The position numbers and the translations under genes are program-made. Shown here piece after piece: positions 47,755-57,495 of a DNA stretch of 64,000 bases (position 1 is its first letter; each line of letters begins with the position of its first letter). This DNA is from an uncultured Candidatus Saccharibacteria bacterium (lineage in GTDB: Bacteria > Patescibacteriota > Minisyncoccia > Phycocordibacterales > PALSA-1337). Below the pieces are notes generated by a model. It did not search any database, was not told where the DNA came from, and saw only the letters and a program-made list of their open reading frames with translations. The stretch covers positions 10,248 through 74,247 of the forward strand of contig CAYIYK010000003.1 of NCBI GenBank assembly GCA_964367745.1. The letters are read 5' to 3'.

Positions 47755-48663
47755 ATGGATAAAAAACTAAATGTCGCAATAATCGGTATAGGTAAATGGG
47801 GTAAGAACCTAACTGAAGCTTTTTTGAGACAAGGTGCAAATATTAAATACTGTTTTAATAAAGGTTCAATAGAAAATGTAAAATGGTTAAAAGAAAAGCA
47901 TCCTGATATTGAACTAGCTTCAAGCTATGAAGATATTCTTTCAGACAAAACAATTGATTCAATAATAGTTGCTACTCCTATAAAGACTCACTTTGAAATT
48001 ACAAAAAAGGCTTTGCTAGCAAAAAAAAATGTTTTTCTTGAAAAACCTGGAACTGAGACTGTGGAAGAATTGGAAGAACTCAAAAAACTTCATGTAGATA
48101 ACGATCTAATACTTACTGTTGGTTATATTTTTGTACACCATCCAGTCTGCACATATATTAAAAAACTACTAAATAACGAGAAAATAATTAGTATACATTT
48201 CGAATGGAATAAATGGGGATCATTCGGAGAGGATATAATACTTAATCTTTTTTCACATGAGATTTCATTATTAAAAACTTTTGGTATAGATATTGAAGAA
48301 AAGACGATAAGTTTCGAAACCCATTCTCATATTTCTGAAAAAGATATTGTTGTATTTAATGCAGAGGGTAAAAATGGAGAAAAAATAACAATAAATATAA
48401 ATAGAGTGAGTTTGGATAAGAAAAAAACAGTCACTATTAAAACTAATAAGAACTCATACATTTGGCTAAATAATGAATTAAAAATTATTAATATGGATCA
48501 GATTAATACAAACATTGAAGTATCAAATGTGCCAGCATTAGATATTGAAGTTGCAAATTTTATATCTAATATACAAAACAAAAATAAGCCTTTAGTTGAT
48601 CTGGATTTTTCAATAGATGTACTTAAAACTACTTCTTTTTTATTAGATTCAAAACATCCTTAG
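47755..48663 (+). CDS. Gfo/Idh/MocA-family NAD(P) oxidoreductase
   Basis: LNVAIIGIGKWGKN is a Rossmann motif, and NVFLEKP is the family EKP motif. Confidence 0.75.
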   Translation: MDKKLNVAIIGIGKWGKNLTEAFLRQGANIKYCFNKGSIENVKWLKEKHPDIELASSYEDILSDKTIDSIIVATPIKTHFEITKKALLAKKNVFLEKPGTETVEELEELKKLHVDNDLILTVGYIFVHHPVCTYIKKLLNNEKIISIHFEWNKWGSFGEDIILNLFSHEISLLKTFGIDIEEKTISFETHSHISEKDIVVFNAEGKNGEKITININRVSLDKKKTVTIKTNKNSYIWLNNELKIINMDQINTNIEVSNVPALDIEVANFISNIQNKNKPLVDLDFSIDVLKTTSFLLDSKHP

Positions 48664-49675
48664 CTGCTTGAACACAGTTCCCTATTTTCCCAGAAAAAAC
48701 TTGTATTAGACGCTTATTTAACTTACTTACAATAGTTGGCCTTTCATCTGTCTTATCTTTATTTGGTAGTACCGTTCTTATTGTATACATTGAACCTATA
48801 TGTTCTGCTTTTGCCATATCGGGAATTATTTCTGAAGCAGATTTAAGAAATTTTTTGATATTTGTAATAGAAGGATCCTTAATTATCCCTTTATTTAAAA
48901 ATGGAACAATTTTTTTTGGAATCTTTGGAAAGGATCCGTTGTTTGTAGAATGTATAGCATGAACGACATTACCCATCACATGCATATCAGTCCTACCGTA
49001 AGGATCGATACAGAAAAATGGCCCATCTAAAATAACTATACTTTTTTTATTATATTCTTTAGGTAGTTTTATTAAGGGTTTTTCACAAACTTCAAATTGA
49101 TACTCATTGTGATTATCTTTGTTTTCTATAACAGAATTTAGATTGGCATAAGTACAATTTATAATATAATCATAATCATTTGAATTATTTGAAAAGCTTG
49201 TATTTAAAAATTGTTTTACTTTATTTTTATAAAGACGATTACTAACTATTTCTTTAAGTTTAGCGTGATCTATAATCGATTCTTTAACCCTAACGGATAG
49301 TTCGATCTTGTCTTTCTTTGCATGAGGCAAATCAACTATTTCAAAATCTAAATCACATCTTTTACAAAAATCCATGAATTGTTTAGCGGAAACCTTACTT
49401 CCTTGTGATGCTATACAATAATAATGCTCATTATCATTCACTACAGAATCTTTATACTCTTTTCTAAAAGAATTCTCTGAGTCACGAGAAGAAATAGCGG
49501 TCTCATCACTTCTTGGATAATGATAACCAACATGCAACCTAAACTGATTTGCACCAGATGCACCCATCAATATATCTGATTCTCTCTCAAAAATTTCAAC
49601 CTTAAAACCTTTTTCAGCAAGCTTGATAGCTACAGTAGTTCCAAATATTCCAGCTCCGACAACTGCGATTTTCAT
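48629..49675 (-). CDS. FAD-dependent oxidoreductase (DAO-like)
   Basis: MKIAVVGAGIFGTTVAIKLAEKGFKVEIFE is a dinucleotide-binding motif. Confidence 0.75.
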   Translation of the reverse strand: MKIAVVGAGIFGTTVAIKLAEKGFKVEIFERESDILMGASGANQFRLHVGYHYPRSDETAISSRDSENSFRKEYKDSVVNDNEHYYCIASQGSKVSAKQFMDFCKRCDLDFEIVDLPHAKKDKIELSVRVKESIIDHAKLKEIVSNRLYKNKVKQFLNTSFSNNSNDYDYIINCTYANLNSVIENKDNHNEYQFEVCEKPLIKLPKEYNKKSIVILDGPFFCIDPYGRTDMHVMGNVVHAIHSTNNGSFPKIPKKIVPFLNKGIIKDPSITNIKKFLKSASEIIPDMAKAEHIGSMYTIRTVLPNKDKTDERPTIVSKLNKRLIQVFSGKIGNCVQAAKDVLNLIKKK

Positions 49676-49676
49676 T

Positions 49677-50687
49677 CTATTTTATTATCTTAAAAAGCTT
49701 GTCTGACAAAATAGACAATGAATGCTTGTTTGAAAAATCACTTAGTCTAGACAAAATATCCAATCGCTCTTTTTCAGAATAATTCATAACTCTCTCAATT
49801 TTATTTTTTAATTCATCTGTATCCCCTTGTTTAAAAATCAAATCATCACTTATTTCTCCTCTCAAATTATCATTTGAAGCAATAACAATACAACCACAAG
49901 CCATAGCCTCAAATATTGTCTTATCATACATTCCACTTGAAGATAGATTTATAAAAATTTCGTATTTAGAATATAGATCTATAGTTTCAATATTTGGAAC
50001 TCCTTTATGAAATTCTATTAATCCAGAAGATTTATTTTTTAATTCTTCATAATAAATTTTATCTTTTTCGATTGGATCACCGTAGACTGCAACTTTGATA
50101 CTTGGATCATTTATTTTATTTATTACATCTACTAAAACATGAATATTTTTTGAAGGTGATATTCTACCTATAGACAATATAGATTTTCCTAATCTAGTTA
50201 TATTTTTATTCGGTTTAAAGTTTTCTAAATCTACACCTACTGGCATTATTTCAGTCTTTCTGTATTTTGCTGTATATGAAAACTTAGATGTGCAAAACAC
50301 CTTTTTACAGAACATTGAAGCTATATCAGTAAGCATTGAACCTGAATGATGATTCCTCCACATGTATATATTCTTATTCATGATCTTCCACATAACTCCA
50401 GCGAGTAAGATATACTCTTGGTTCATATGAACAAAAACACTGTTGTATTCATTTCTCAATCGCCAAATATATTTATAAAAATTTAAAATATATTTTATCT
50501 TTGATTCCCCTTTTTCTTTACCCAAAGAAAATACTCTAACATTTTTAGGTAAATCGTATTCGCCTTTATAAAGACATATTACATTTACACTTTCATAGTT
50601 TTCTGAGAAAACTCTTACCCAATTATGAAAAAAGCCTAGTACAGGATCATTTTTATCAATCTTTTGAGTTATGATTAATAATTTCAT
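49677..50687 (-). CDS. GT4 (GT-B) glycosyltransferase
   Basis: The C-terminal block is YDKTIFEAMACGCIVIASN (the E..EAMA.G.PVI type). Confidence 0.75.
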   Translation of the reverse strand: MKLLIITQKIDKNDPVLGFFHNWVRVFSENYESVNVICLYKGEYDLPKNVRVFSLGKEKGESKIKYILNFYKYIWRLRNEYNSVFVHMNQEYILLAGVMWKIMNKNIYMWRNHHSGSMLTDIASMFCKKVFCTSKFSYTAKYRKTEIMPVGVDLENFKPNKNITRLGKSILSIGRISPSKNIHVLVDVINKINDPSIKVAVYGDPIEKDKIYYEELKNKSSGLIEFHKGVPNIETIDLYSKYEIFINLSSSGMYDKTIFEAMACGCIVIASNDNLRGEISDDLIFKQGDTDELKNKIERVMNYSEKERLDILSRLSDFSNKHSLSILSDKLFKIIK

Positions 50688-51775
50688 TTAATTTTATCTA
50701 TAATCTTTGAAGCTATATCTTCGCTTGTCCAATCGACAATACTTGCTCCTACATCCTTTGCGATACCTACGTCAGTTGAGATTATTTTGCAATTATTCGC
50801 TTCAGCTTCTTTGAATGTAAGACCGTAACCTTCATACCATGAACAAACTAGAAATACATCGCAACCTTTATAGTATGAGGTGAGATCAGTCTGCCACCCT
50901 TCAAATACAATATTTGATGAAATCTTCAGAATTTCAGATTTTCTTTTAAGATAATCCTGCATTGTTCCAGAACCGACAATCACGAGTCCTGTATCTGGTT
51001 TTTTAGCCAGAACAATCTTCATCGCATCTATAGCCATTGAGAAATTCTTTTCAGCTTCTATTCTTGAAACCATAAGAATGATATTTTTAAATTGAGGGAA
51101 TTTTTCTTTTAAAATAAAAGATGTTTTATCATTCTTTATATAATCAATATTTATATCTATAGGTTTTACTATTATATCTTCTGGATTAAATCCCCTTTTA
51201 GCTAGTGAATCTGCAATTTTATTTGATACTACTCTTATGATATTTGCATGATTTAAAGTAAAACGAGATATAAAAAGTCTTATTCTATTTAAAATAGAAT
51301 TCAAAATACCGATTCTTGCATCGACGAAATACGGACTATGCAGATCGGTATGTATTTGTATCAACAATTCAGAATTCTTTCTTTTACTATTTAGACATTT
51401 CCCCACCAAAGCGGTTTCAAAAGGATCTTGGCAAGTTATAAGTATTGGTATTTCTGAGTTTATTTCATTAATAATTTTTACACCGATCTTTCTCGCATCG
51501 CTTACATAGTTCCATCTTACAAATGATTTCGTAGAATAGATTTTGCAGTTTTTTGCTATTTCTTCATCATTAACTTTTGAATCTGAAAAGACAATAATAT
51601 GTAATTCTTTATATTGCTTTGAATATTCAAGCATTCTTCTTCTAACAGCACTTTTCTCTACAAGTATTTGTCTATCAGTTGAAATCATTATCACAGAATG
51701 ATTGGAATAATCTTTATATGTTGTTTTATAAACATTATTTGATTCTTTCATAAATCGAAATGATTTCATTCCCAA
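50684..51775 (-). CDS. GT4 (GT-B) glycosyltransferase; start uncertain
   Basis: SWYEGYGLTFKEAEANNCKIISTDVG is present. The track start overlaps the upstream gene by 41 nt, and internal Met codons (M9, M30) are alternatives. Confidence 0.7.
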   Translation of the reverse strand: MGMKSFRFMKESNNVYKTTYKDYSNHSVIMISTDRQILVEKSAVRRRMLEYSKQYKELHIIVFSDSKVNDEEIAKNCKIYSTKSFVRWNYVSDARKIGVKIINEINSEIPILITCQDPFETALVGKCLNSKRKNSELLIQIHTDLHSPYFVDARIGILNSILNRIRLFISRFTLNHANIIRVVSNKIADSLAKRGFNPEDIIVKPIDINIDYIKNDKTSFILKEKFPQFKNIILMVSRIEAEKNFSMAIDAMKIVLAKKPDTGLVIVGSGTMQDYLKRKSEILKISSNIVFEGWQTDLTSYYKGCDVFLVCSWYEGYGLTFKEAEANNCKIISTDVGIAKDVGASIVDWTSEDIASKIIDKIK

Positions 51776-52757
51776 TATTCTCCCAACTATGAACCCAATT
51801 AAACTTCTTTACCTTATCTGCTTGTATTTTTCTATTCTTAGGGTCAGATATCCAGACAATCTTTTCGACTATATCATTTTTATTCATTGGATCTATAAAA
51901 ATCGCGCAATCTTTTACTCTATCTGATATACCATTCTCTTTTGTAAGAATAAAAGGAGTACCAACTCTTATGGCGTCAAAAATCATATTTGGACTTATAT
52001 CGCCAATCGAATTTAAAATCACCGCATAAGATCGTCTCATTCTCTCTTGGAAATTATCATAGACTGCTTTTGTAGTATCGAATTCTATATCTTCAAAACC
52101 TTTTTCTTTGACTTTATCCTGAGCAATTTTAAATGAACTCTTTAACAATTCTAGATTCTTCCACTTCAATTCTCTTGTACCAGCAACAAAAACTCTATTC
52201 TCTGGCTCTATTTGTTCATCTCTTTCTCCACAGAAATTCTCAACGATCATATTCTTTTCTGAATCAAGTTTATATACTTTTTCAAAAATATCTCTTTGCC
52301 ATTTTGTACTAAATATTATTGCTGAAGCATTCCTCATAGAATCACCTCCAACTTTAAATATTACTTTTTCTTTTTTAGATAGCTTATTAAGTGATGTATT
52401 ATAGAAATTTTTAAATAAAACCAAGTCTCCTGTTCTTTCAACATAATTTTCCCATAAGAAATCTCCTCCAGTTCTTATGATGTATTTTTTCCTCATAAGC
52501 TTGCAGGCATACATAGTAGGTACTGCTGCACTCCATGTATCAAGTACGAGTATCAAATCCGCATTCCATCCTTTTCTAAAAATCTTTAGAAAAAATAAAA
52601 AGTGTCTGAGGAATTTTGGGAATGCTCTCTCCCAACGATATGCAGCAACTTTTACATCATGACCCTGCTTTTTCCAGGTTTCATAAAGATTTCTAGCATA
52701 TTGAGCTGGACCACCAATATCTGGTGGATATATTCCTGATGAGATTAGAATTTTCAT
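51735..52757 (-). CDS. GT4-like (GT-B) glycosyltransferase
   Basis: MKILISSGIYPPDIGGPAQYARNL at the N-terminus and FDAIRVGTPFILTKENG in the C-terminal domain. Confidence 0.7.
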   Translation of the reverse strand: MKILISSGIYPPDIGGPAQYARNLYETWKKQGHDVKVAAYRWERAFPKFLRHFLFFLKIFRKGWNADLILVLDTWSAAVPTMYACKLMRKKYIIRTGGDFLWENYVERTGDLVLFKNFYNTSLNKLSKKEKVIFKVGGDSMRNASAIIFSTKWQRDIFEKVYKLDSEKNMIVENFCGERDEQIEPENRVFVAGTRELKWKNLELLKSSFKIAQDKVKEKGFEDIEFDTTKAVYDNFQERMRRSYAVILNSIGDISPNMIFDAIRVGTPFILTKENGISDRVKDCAIFIDPMNKNDIVEKIVWISDPKNRKIQADKVKKFNWVHSWENIGNEIISIYERIK

Positions 52758-53944
52758 ATTACCTTTAAGAATACCTTATTCTTCATATCACTTGCAATGA
52801 GGTTCCATTGATACTTTCTTTCTACCATATCCAAAGCATTTTTGACTATTTTCTCTTTTAAACTCTTATCATTTAAAAGCATTTCAACTTTCCAAGCTAT
52901 GCTCTTTGGATTTTTTACTTCACACAAAAGGCCTGTTTCTCCATCTTTAAGAAAATCTACTATTCCTCCAACCGGTGTTGCTATAACAGGAATTCCAGCA
53001 GCCATCGCTTCTATATATGAATTACCAAAACCTTCAGACAAAGATGGTCTTATGAAAATATCTGATACATGGAGATATTTTGGCATATCTACATGTTTAA
53101 CAAAACCTAAGAAGATCACTCTGTTATCGAGATTTAATCTCTTAGTTCTTTGCTTTAGCATTTCTTCTTCATGACCTGTACCCAAGACAAGGAATTTAAC
53201 ATTTTCTGGTAGATATGTTAGAGAATCAATGATATCTATAGTTGCATTTTTCTCAACCAATCTACTTGTAGTTACAATAAAAATATCTTTATCTTTTTTA
53301 TTCAGACTCTTTTTTAAATCATTAAATTCATTTTCATTTTTTCTATTTGAAAATAGAGAAAAATTCACGCCATTTGGTACAACAACAATCGGTGAACTTG
53401 CTCCCATATTTTTTGACCAGGTTGATAGGAAATTTGATATTACTTGAACAATATCCGCCTTTCTAAAAATCCTCATGAAAGATGATTTGAATATTCCTTG
53501 GCGAATCTTGAAGTTATCACCTTCTTGTATTGAAAGTACAAATGGAATATTTGGATTGAATATTTTAAATAAATAACCAGCAAAACCAGCATAACTTGCC
53601 ATCATTGACCATACTAAATCGTATTTATTTTTTCTATTTAGTTGTAGTGCCTTTATAAAAGCAAAAACTGGAAAAGTTAGTTTTGATAATGGGAATATCT
53701 TTGAACTTTTTGTATTACTACCAAACCAAGGCATACCAGCTCTATATACATTTATATTCCCTATTCTTTCAAATTTAGGAGCCTGTTTTCTTAAGGTTAT
53801 CATATCGAATTCCATATCAGACGGAAGGATACGATCAGTAATTTCTTTAATCGCTATTTCTGCCCCACCTATGAATCTTGGATAGTAAACTAGCGAAAAA
53901 ATGAGTATTTTCTTACTTTTTTGTTCATTTTTTACTTGTTCCAT
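52754..53944 (-). CDS. GT4 (GT-B) glycosyltransferase
   Basis: YYPRFIGGAEIAIKE and PSLSEGFGNSYIEAMAAGIPVIATPVGG. Confidence 0.85.
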   Translation of the reverse strand: MEQVKNEQKSKKILIFSLVYYPRFIGGAEIAIKEITDRILPSDMEFDMITLRKQAPKFERIGNINVYRAGMPWFGSNTKSSKIFPLSKLTFPVFAFIKALQLNRKNKYDLVWSMMASYAGFAGYLFKIFNPNIPFVLSIQEGDNFKIRQGIFKSSFMRIFRKADIVQVISNFLSTWSKNMGASSPIVVVPNGVNFSLFSNRKNENEFNDLKKSLNKKDKDIFIVTTSRLVEKNATIDIIDSLTYLPENVKFLVLGTGHEEEMLKQRTKRLNLDNRVIFLGFVKHVDMPKYLHVSDIFIRPSLSEGFGNSYIEAMAAGIPVIATPVGGIVDFLKDGETGLLCEVKNPKSIAWKVEMLLNDKSLKEKIVKNALDMVERKYQWNLIASDMKNKVFLKVI

Positions 53945-53948
53945 TTTA

Positions 53949-55823
53949 TTACTTTACCTTAAGTACATCACGAAGTACATCTTCAGGAACCTCTCTTTTT
54001 GTGTCACTTTTTTCGTGATGATTAGCATGACTTTTATGTATTTCATTTGGTTTATGGTCACTTGAAGTATTTTGATGATTCGAATGATTTGAACCATCTG
54101 AATCTTTTTTTACATGCTCGTCCTTATGTGCCAAAACTGATGCCAAAGCACTCTTTAATTCATTTATTCTTTGTGGATGTGCATCTTTATGATGATTATG
54201 AGCCTTAGGTGTATTTGTTAGAGAATTCAGAGATACAGACTTTAACTTAGGAAGATTTGGTTGGGGTTTTGGATAATTTGATTGTTGCACATGATTTTGG
54301 ACACTTGGCTGTACAGGTGCTTGGACTGATTGTTGAGGTGGTTGCTGAATAGGCTGTTCTGCGACAATTGGCTTTGGTGGAGGTGGAGGTATATGTGCAG
54401 GTGCAGGTGTGGGTGCAACTGTAGCTACTGGTTTGGGCGGTTGTGTATTTGTTGCAGGAGTACTAGAACCATTCTGAGTAGAATTCGAAGCGGTAGATGC
54501 ACCGGGCGTAGGATTCTTTGGAGTTACAACAGGCTTTATTGGTGCAAGCCATTCTTCGATTTTCTTTTCTACTTCTGGTCTCTTACTAGCAAACTGTCTT
54601 CTTGATTCTTCAATCACAGCAAGAGCATTGGACTTCTCTGGTAAAGGAATGGGTGGCAATGTTGTAGCAGAAAATGGTGATGAACTTATACCATCAATCA
54701 TCAGTTTCAAATATATTTGAAATATTCCGAGATTAACAATATCTTCAGCGGTGAACTGTGGTGCGAATTCTTTTTCCAAAACTTCTGCATCATAAGCGCC
54801 AACACGGAACACGATCATTGTTCCAACGTTTCCAAAAACCGCAGCTCTAACCTCTTCTTCCATTTGCTCTATATACTGGTGAGCCATAGTAAGATTCAGT
54901 TTATATTTTCGAGCTTCAGAGAGAATATCTGCAAAAGATTCATTTGCAAATGATTGGAATTCGTCTACGAATAGATAGAAGTTTGGAAGTTTTTTTATAA
55001 CATTATCTGACACATCAGCACGAGAAAGTGCAGCGAGATATATCTTGGTTATTATCATTCCACCCAAAAGATTTGCATTCGATTCTCCGATTCTTCCTTT
55101 TGATAAGTTAACTATAAATATCTTACTCTTATCCATCATTTCACGGAGATTGAAAGATGATTTTGGTTGACCGATCATATTTCGTATCAGAGCATTCGCA
55201 GTGAACTGACCGATTTTATTTTGTATTGCAGGAACAGCTTCGGCAGCCATTCTTTCTGTATAGTTTGCAAATTCTTGTACCCAGAATGATTTTACTGATG
55301 GATCAGTAACACAGGCCACTACTTGCTTCCTGAATTCTTTATCAGAAAGCATTCTATTTACCCCAAGCAGGGTTGCGTCAGGATATTCAAGTAAAGCCAA
55401 AAGAGTATTTGTAAGAATATACTCCATTCTCGCTGACCAAGCATCTTGCCAGATCTTTTTGAATGTACTCATAAGACCAGATACAACTAGATGTCTTTTG
55501 TCATGATCAACGTTTTCAAGTACGTTGAATGATATAGGATAGTCCATATCAAAAGGTGCAAAATACACAACGTCTTGTCTTCTATTCTCAGGAATATATT
55601 CTAGTAGCAATTCCGCTGTCTTACCGTGAGGGTCGAGGAAGGCCATACCTTCCCCATTTTTTATATCTTGCACAGCCATGTTTTCAAGTAGAGTAGATTT
55701 ACCCATACCTGTCTTACCGATCACATAAACGTGCTTTGTTCTATCTTTGGCTTTAATACCAAAACTTACCTTTTTATTTCTGGCATCAGTTTGACCAAAA
55801 TATGTAATCTTTTCTTCATTCAT
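53949..55823 (-). CDS. VirD4/TraD-like (type IV coupling-protein-type) P-loop ATPase with no TM anchor and a Pro/Gln/His-rich tail
   Basis: Walker A is VIGKTGMGKSTLL and Walker B is NFYLFVDEFQSF. LTMAHQYIEQM is also present. The N-terminus is soluble. The last ~200 aa are low complexity (PPPPPKP, QQPPQQ, HNHHKDAH, HKSHANHHEK). Confidence 0.7.
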   Translation of the reverse strand: MNEEKITYFGQTDARNKKVSFGIKAKDRTKHVYVIGKTGMGKSTLLENMAVQDIKNGEGMAFLDPHGKTAELLLEYIPENRRQDVVYFAPFDMDYPISFNVLENVDHDKRHLVVSGLMSTFKKIWQDAWSARMEYILTNTLLALLEYPDATLLGVNRMLSDKEFRKQVVACVTDPSVKSFWVQEFANYTERMAAEAVPAIQNKIGQFTANALIRNMIGQPKSSFNLREMMDKSKIFIVNLSKGRIGESNANLLGGMIITKIYLAALSRADVSDNVIKKLPNFYLFVDEFQSFANESFADILSEARKYKLNLTMAHQYIEQMEEEVRAAVFGNVGTMIVFRVGAYDAEVLEKEFAPQFTAEDIVNLGIFQIYLKLMIDGISSSPFSATTLPPIPLPEKSNALAVIEESRRQFASKRPEVEKKIEEWLAPIKPVVTPKNPTPGASTASNSTQNGSSTPATNTQPPKPVATVAPTPAPAHIPPPPPKPIVAEQPIQQPPQQSVQAPVQPSVQNHVQQSNYPKPQPNLPKLKSVSLNSLTNTPKAHNHHKDAHPQRINELKSALASVLAHKDEHVKKDSDGSNHSNHQNTSSDHKPNEIHKSHANHHEKSDTKREVPEDVLRDVLKVK

Positions 55824-55875
55824 ATGGAGTTCTATATGTTTAATATTTTACCATGGTTTTTTATATTAAGTATAG

Positions 55876-57441
55876 TTAATTATGACTGTATATTGTATAT
55901 AAATTATCACTATATACCCTCTTCAAATTTGAGTATTTTAATAAATCATTTCTATTATCCTGTATTACATATTGAATATCGTATTTTTCTAGATTTTTTA
56001 ATATCCTTTCTTGTGTGTTTGAACTCATAACATCATGAATTCTCTCTGGCTTTGATATCCACTGCCCCGCATATAATGTCCAAAAAACATAATTTCTTGA
56101 ATAAAGCGGTATATATTGTGAAAGAGATTCCGGTGCCATAAATATTGAATCTTTAGAATTCGACTTTATCCAATTAAGTATGGGGACATATCTTTGAACA
56201 TAAATAGTATAATCTAAAGAGTTTTTATATGAATTAATTTGAATCAAAATAGAATTAAAAATACAAAGAATAGACAGCAGGTATATTATTGCAATACAAA
56301 TTTTTGATTTTATATTGTCAGACAGAAATTCCTTTATAAAATAGACTATTGAGATAACCAAGACTGGACTGAATACATACATTTCGAAATGACCATATTG
56401 CATTATAAGTCCAGTTATAACATGTTCATTTCTAGTTAGAAAACAAGCAGATATTAGGCCTGAAATAAATATAAATTCATCATTAATAATTTTATTCTTC
56501 TTATAAACCAAAAAGAGCAGCGTAGAACAGACTATAAAAATTGATATTCCAAACAAACTAACATCAGGAATATGACTCATTCTTAAATATTCATGTGGGA
56601 TGGTTAAATAGTACTCATGAGACATTAGATTCACAATCTGATAAAAGACTGGAATAGCCAATATTATACCTACTGATAAACTGACAACAAGACCCTTAAG
56701 TCTGTCAAATTCTTTTCTAAAAAAATAAATCCCAATAAAAACTAGATTTAACACAGTTAAATATGCATATGTAAAGAAATAAACATAGAATGACAAACCA
56801 AAGAAAATACCGAGGATGATATACCACAGTCTAGTATTCTTTTTAATTGCTAAATACAAAATATTTAAATATAAGAAAAAATACAAAGAACTGAATTGAG
56901 GATTAACAGGTCTAGAGAATATAAGGAATTGATCCTCATCAGTTACAAACCTAAACAGATTCAATAAATCATGAATATTTAACAGATCAACGAAATTCAA
57001 GAGATTATACCCAAGCACAATAAACAGTGACCCGAGTATAGATATGTGAATATTCCTAGTAATTCTATCGAGCAGCAAAAAAGACAGAAGGAAGATAATG
57101 ATCGGCAACACAAGTTCGTACAAAATCTTTAAATCCAGCGTATCTATACTTAATATGATACCTGGCAGTGCCAATATCATAGACGAAATAGATGAATCAA
57201 AGTGTGGGAAATTATAGCCATACTCTTTTATAAAAGGATTACAATTAAACGTACAACCCATGTATGCTCCTTGAATTTTATTCAGATATAGTGACTCTGC
57301 ATCGGTATTCATTATTGGTATACCACTAAAGTTAGTACTGTGAATAAATAAAATATTTGGCAATACATAAATAACACCGCAAACTAGAGAGATGATAAGG
57401 ATCGATAGAAATTTCTTAGAAAACATAAATAAATTATACAT
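55876..57441 (-). CDS. Polytopic membrane protein of unknown function immediately downstream of pilA (possibly GT-C-like)
   Basis: The track start is TTG 57444; ATG 57441 is more likely. About 11-12 TM helices are followed by a ~110-aa soluble C-terminus. The acidic motif NTDAESLYL follows the first TM, as in GT-C enzymes. Confidence 0.6.
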   Translation of the reverse strand: MYNLFMFSKKFLSILIISLVCGVIYVLPNILFIHSTNFSGIPIMNTDAESLYLNKIQGAYMGCTFNCNPFIKEYGYNFPHFDSSISSMILALPGIILSIDTLDLKILYELVLPIIIFLLSFLLLDRITRNIHISILGSLFIVLGYNLLNFVDLLNIHDLLNLFRFVTDEDQFLIFSRPVNPQFSSLYFFLYLNILYLAIKKNTRLWYIILGIFFGLSFYVYFFTYAYLTVLNLVFIGIYFFRKEFDRLKGLVVSLSVGIILAIPVFYQIVNLMSHEYYLTIPHEYLRMSHIPDVSLFGISIFIVCSTLLFLVYKKNKIINDEFIFISGLISACFLTRNEHVITGLIMQYGHFEMYVFSPVLVISIVYFIKEFLSDNIKSKICIAIIYLLSILCIFNSILIQINSYKNSLDYTIYVQRYVPILNWIKSNSKDSIFMAPESLSQYIPLYSRNYVFWTLYAGQWISKPERIHDVMSSNTQERILKNLEKYDIQYVIQDNRNDLLKYSNLKRVYSDNLYTIYSHN

Positions 57442-57442
57442 C

Positions 57443-57467
57443 AAAAAACACCCTATGGGTGTTTTTT
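57443..57467 (-). terminator. Intrinsic terminator directly after pilA
   Basis: AAAAAACACCC-tat-GGGTGTTTTTT is a perfect hairpin with a U-tract on the minus strand. It ends 1 nt before the downstream ATG. Confidence 0.7.
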
Positions 57468-57495
57468 GATGTAACCGTATTGTTACCAGATTGTA

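Noticed and set aside
48021-48029. An A9 tract inside the Gfo/Idh/MocA gene, and A8/T8 tracts in other glycan and pilus genes (31542..31549, 63948..63955), as possible phase-variation switches
   Set aside because: Homopolymers of 7-9 A/T occur throughout this AT-rich window, including in housekeeping and intergenic DNA, and mostly encode Lys runs. I have no evidence of length polymorphism.
20711-48663. Short convergent 3' overlaps (20711..20724, 38978..38992, 48629..48663) as possible antisense regulation
   Set aside because: Overlaps of 14-35 nt at convergent gene ends are common in compact genomes and need no special explanation. Only the 69-nt GT2/gtrA overlap is mentioned in the findings.
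54330-54605. Cys/Trp-rich ORF (MLRWLLNRLFCDNWLWWRWRYMCRCRCGCNC...), and a similar one at 12719..12985, which could look like cysteine-rich peptides
   Set aside because: Each is the exact antisense of a Pro/Gln-rich or Thr/Asn-repeat coding segment of a well-supported gene, so it is a compositional mirror artefact.
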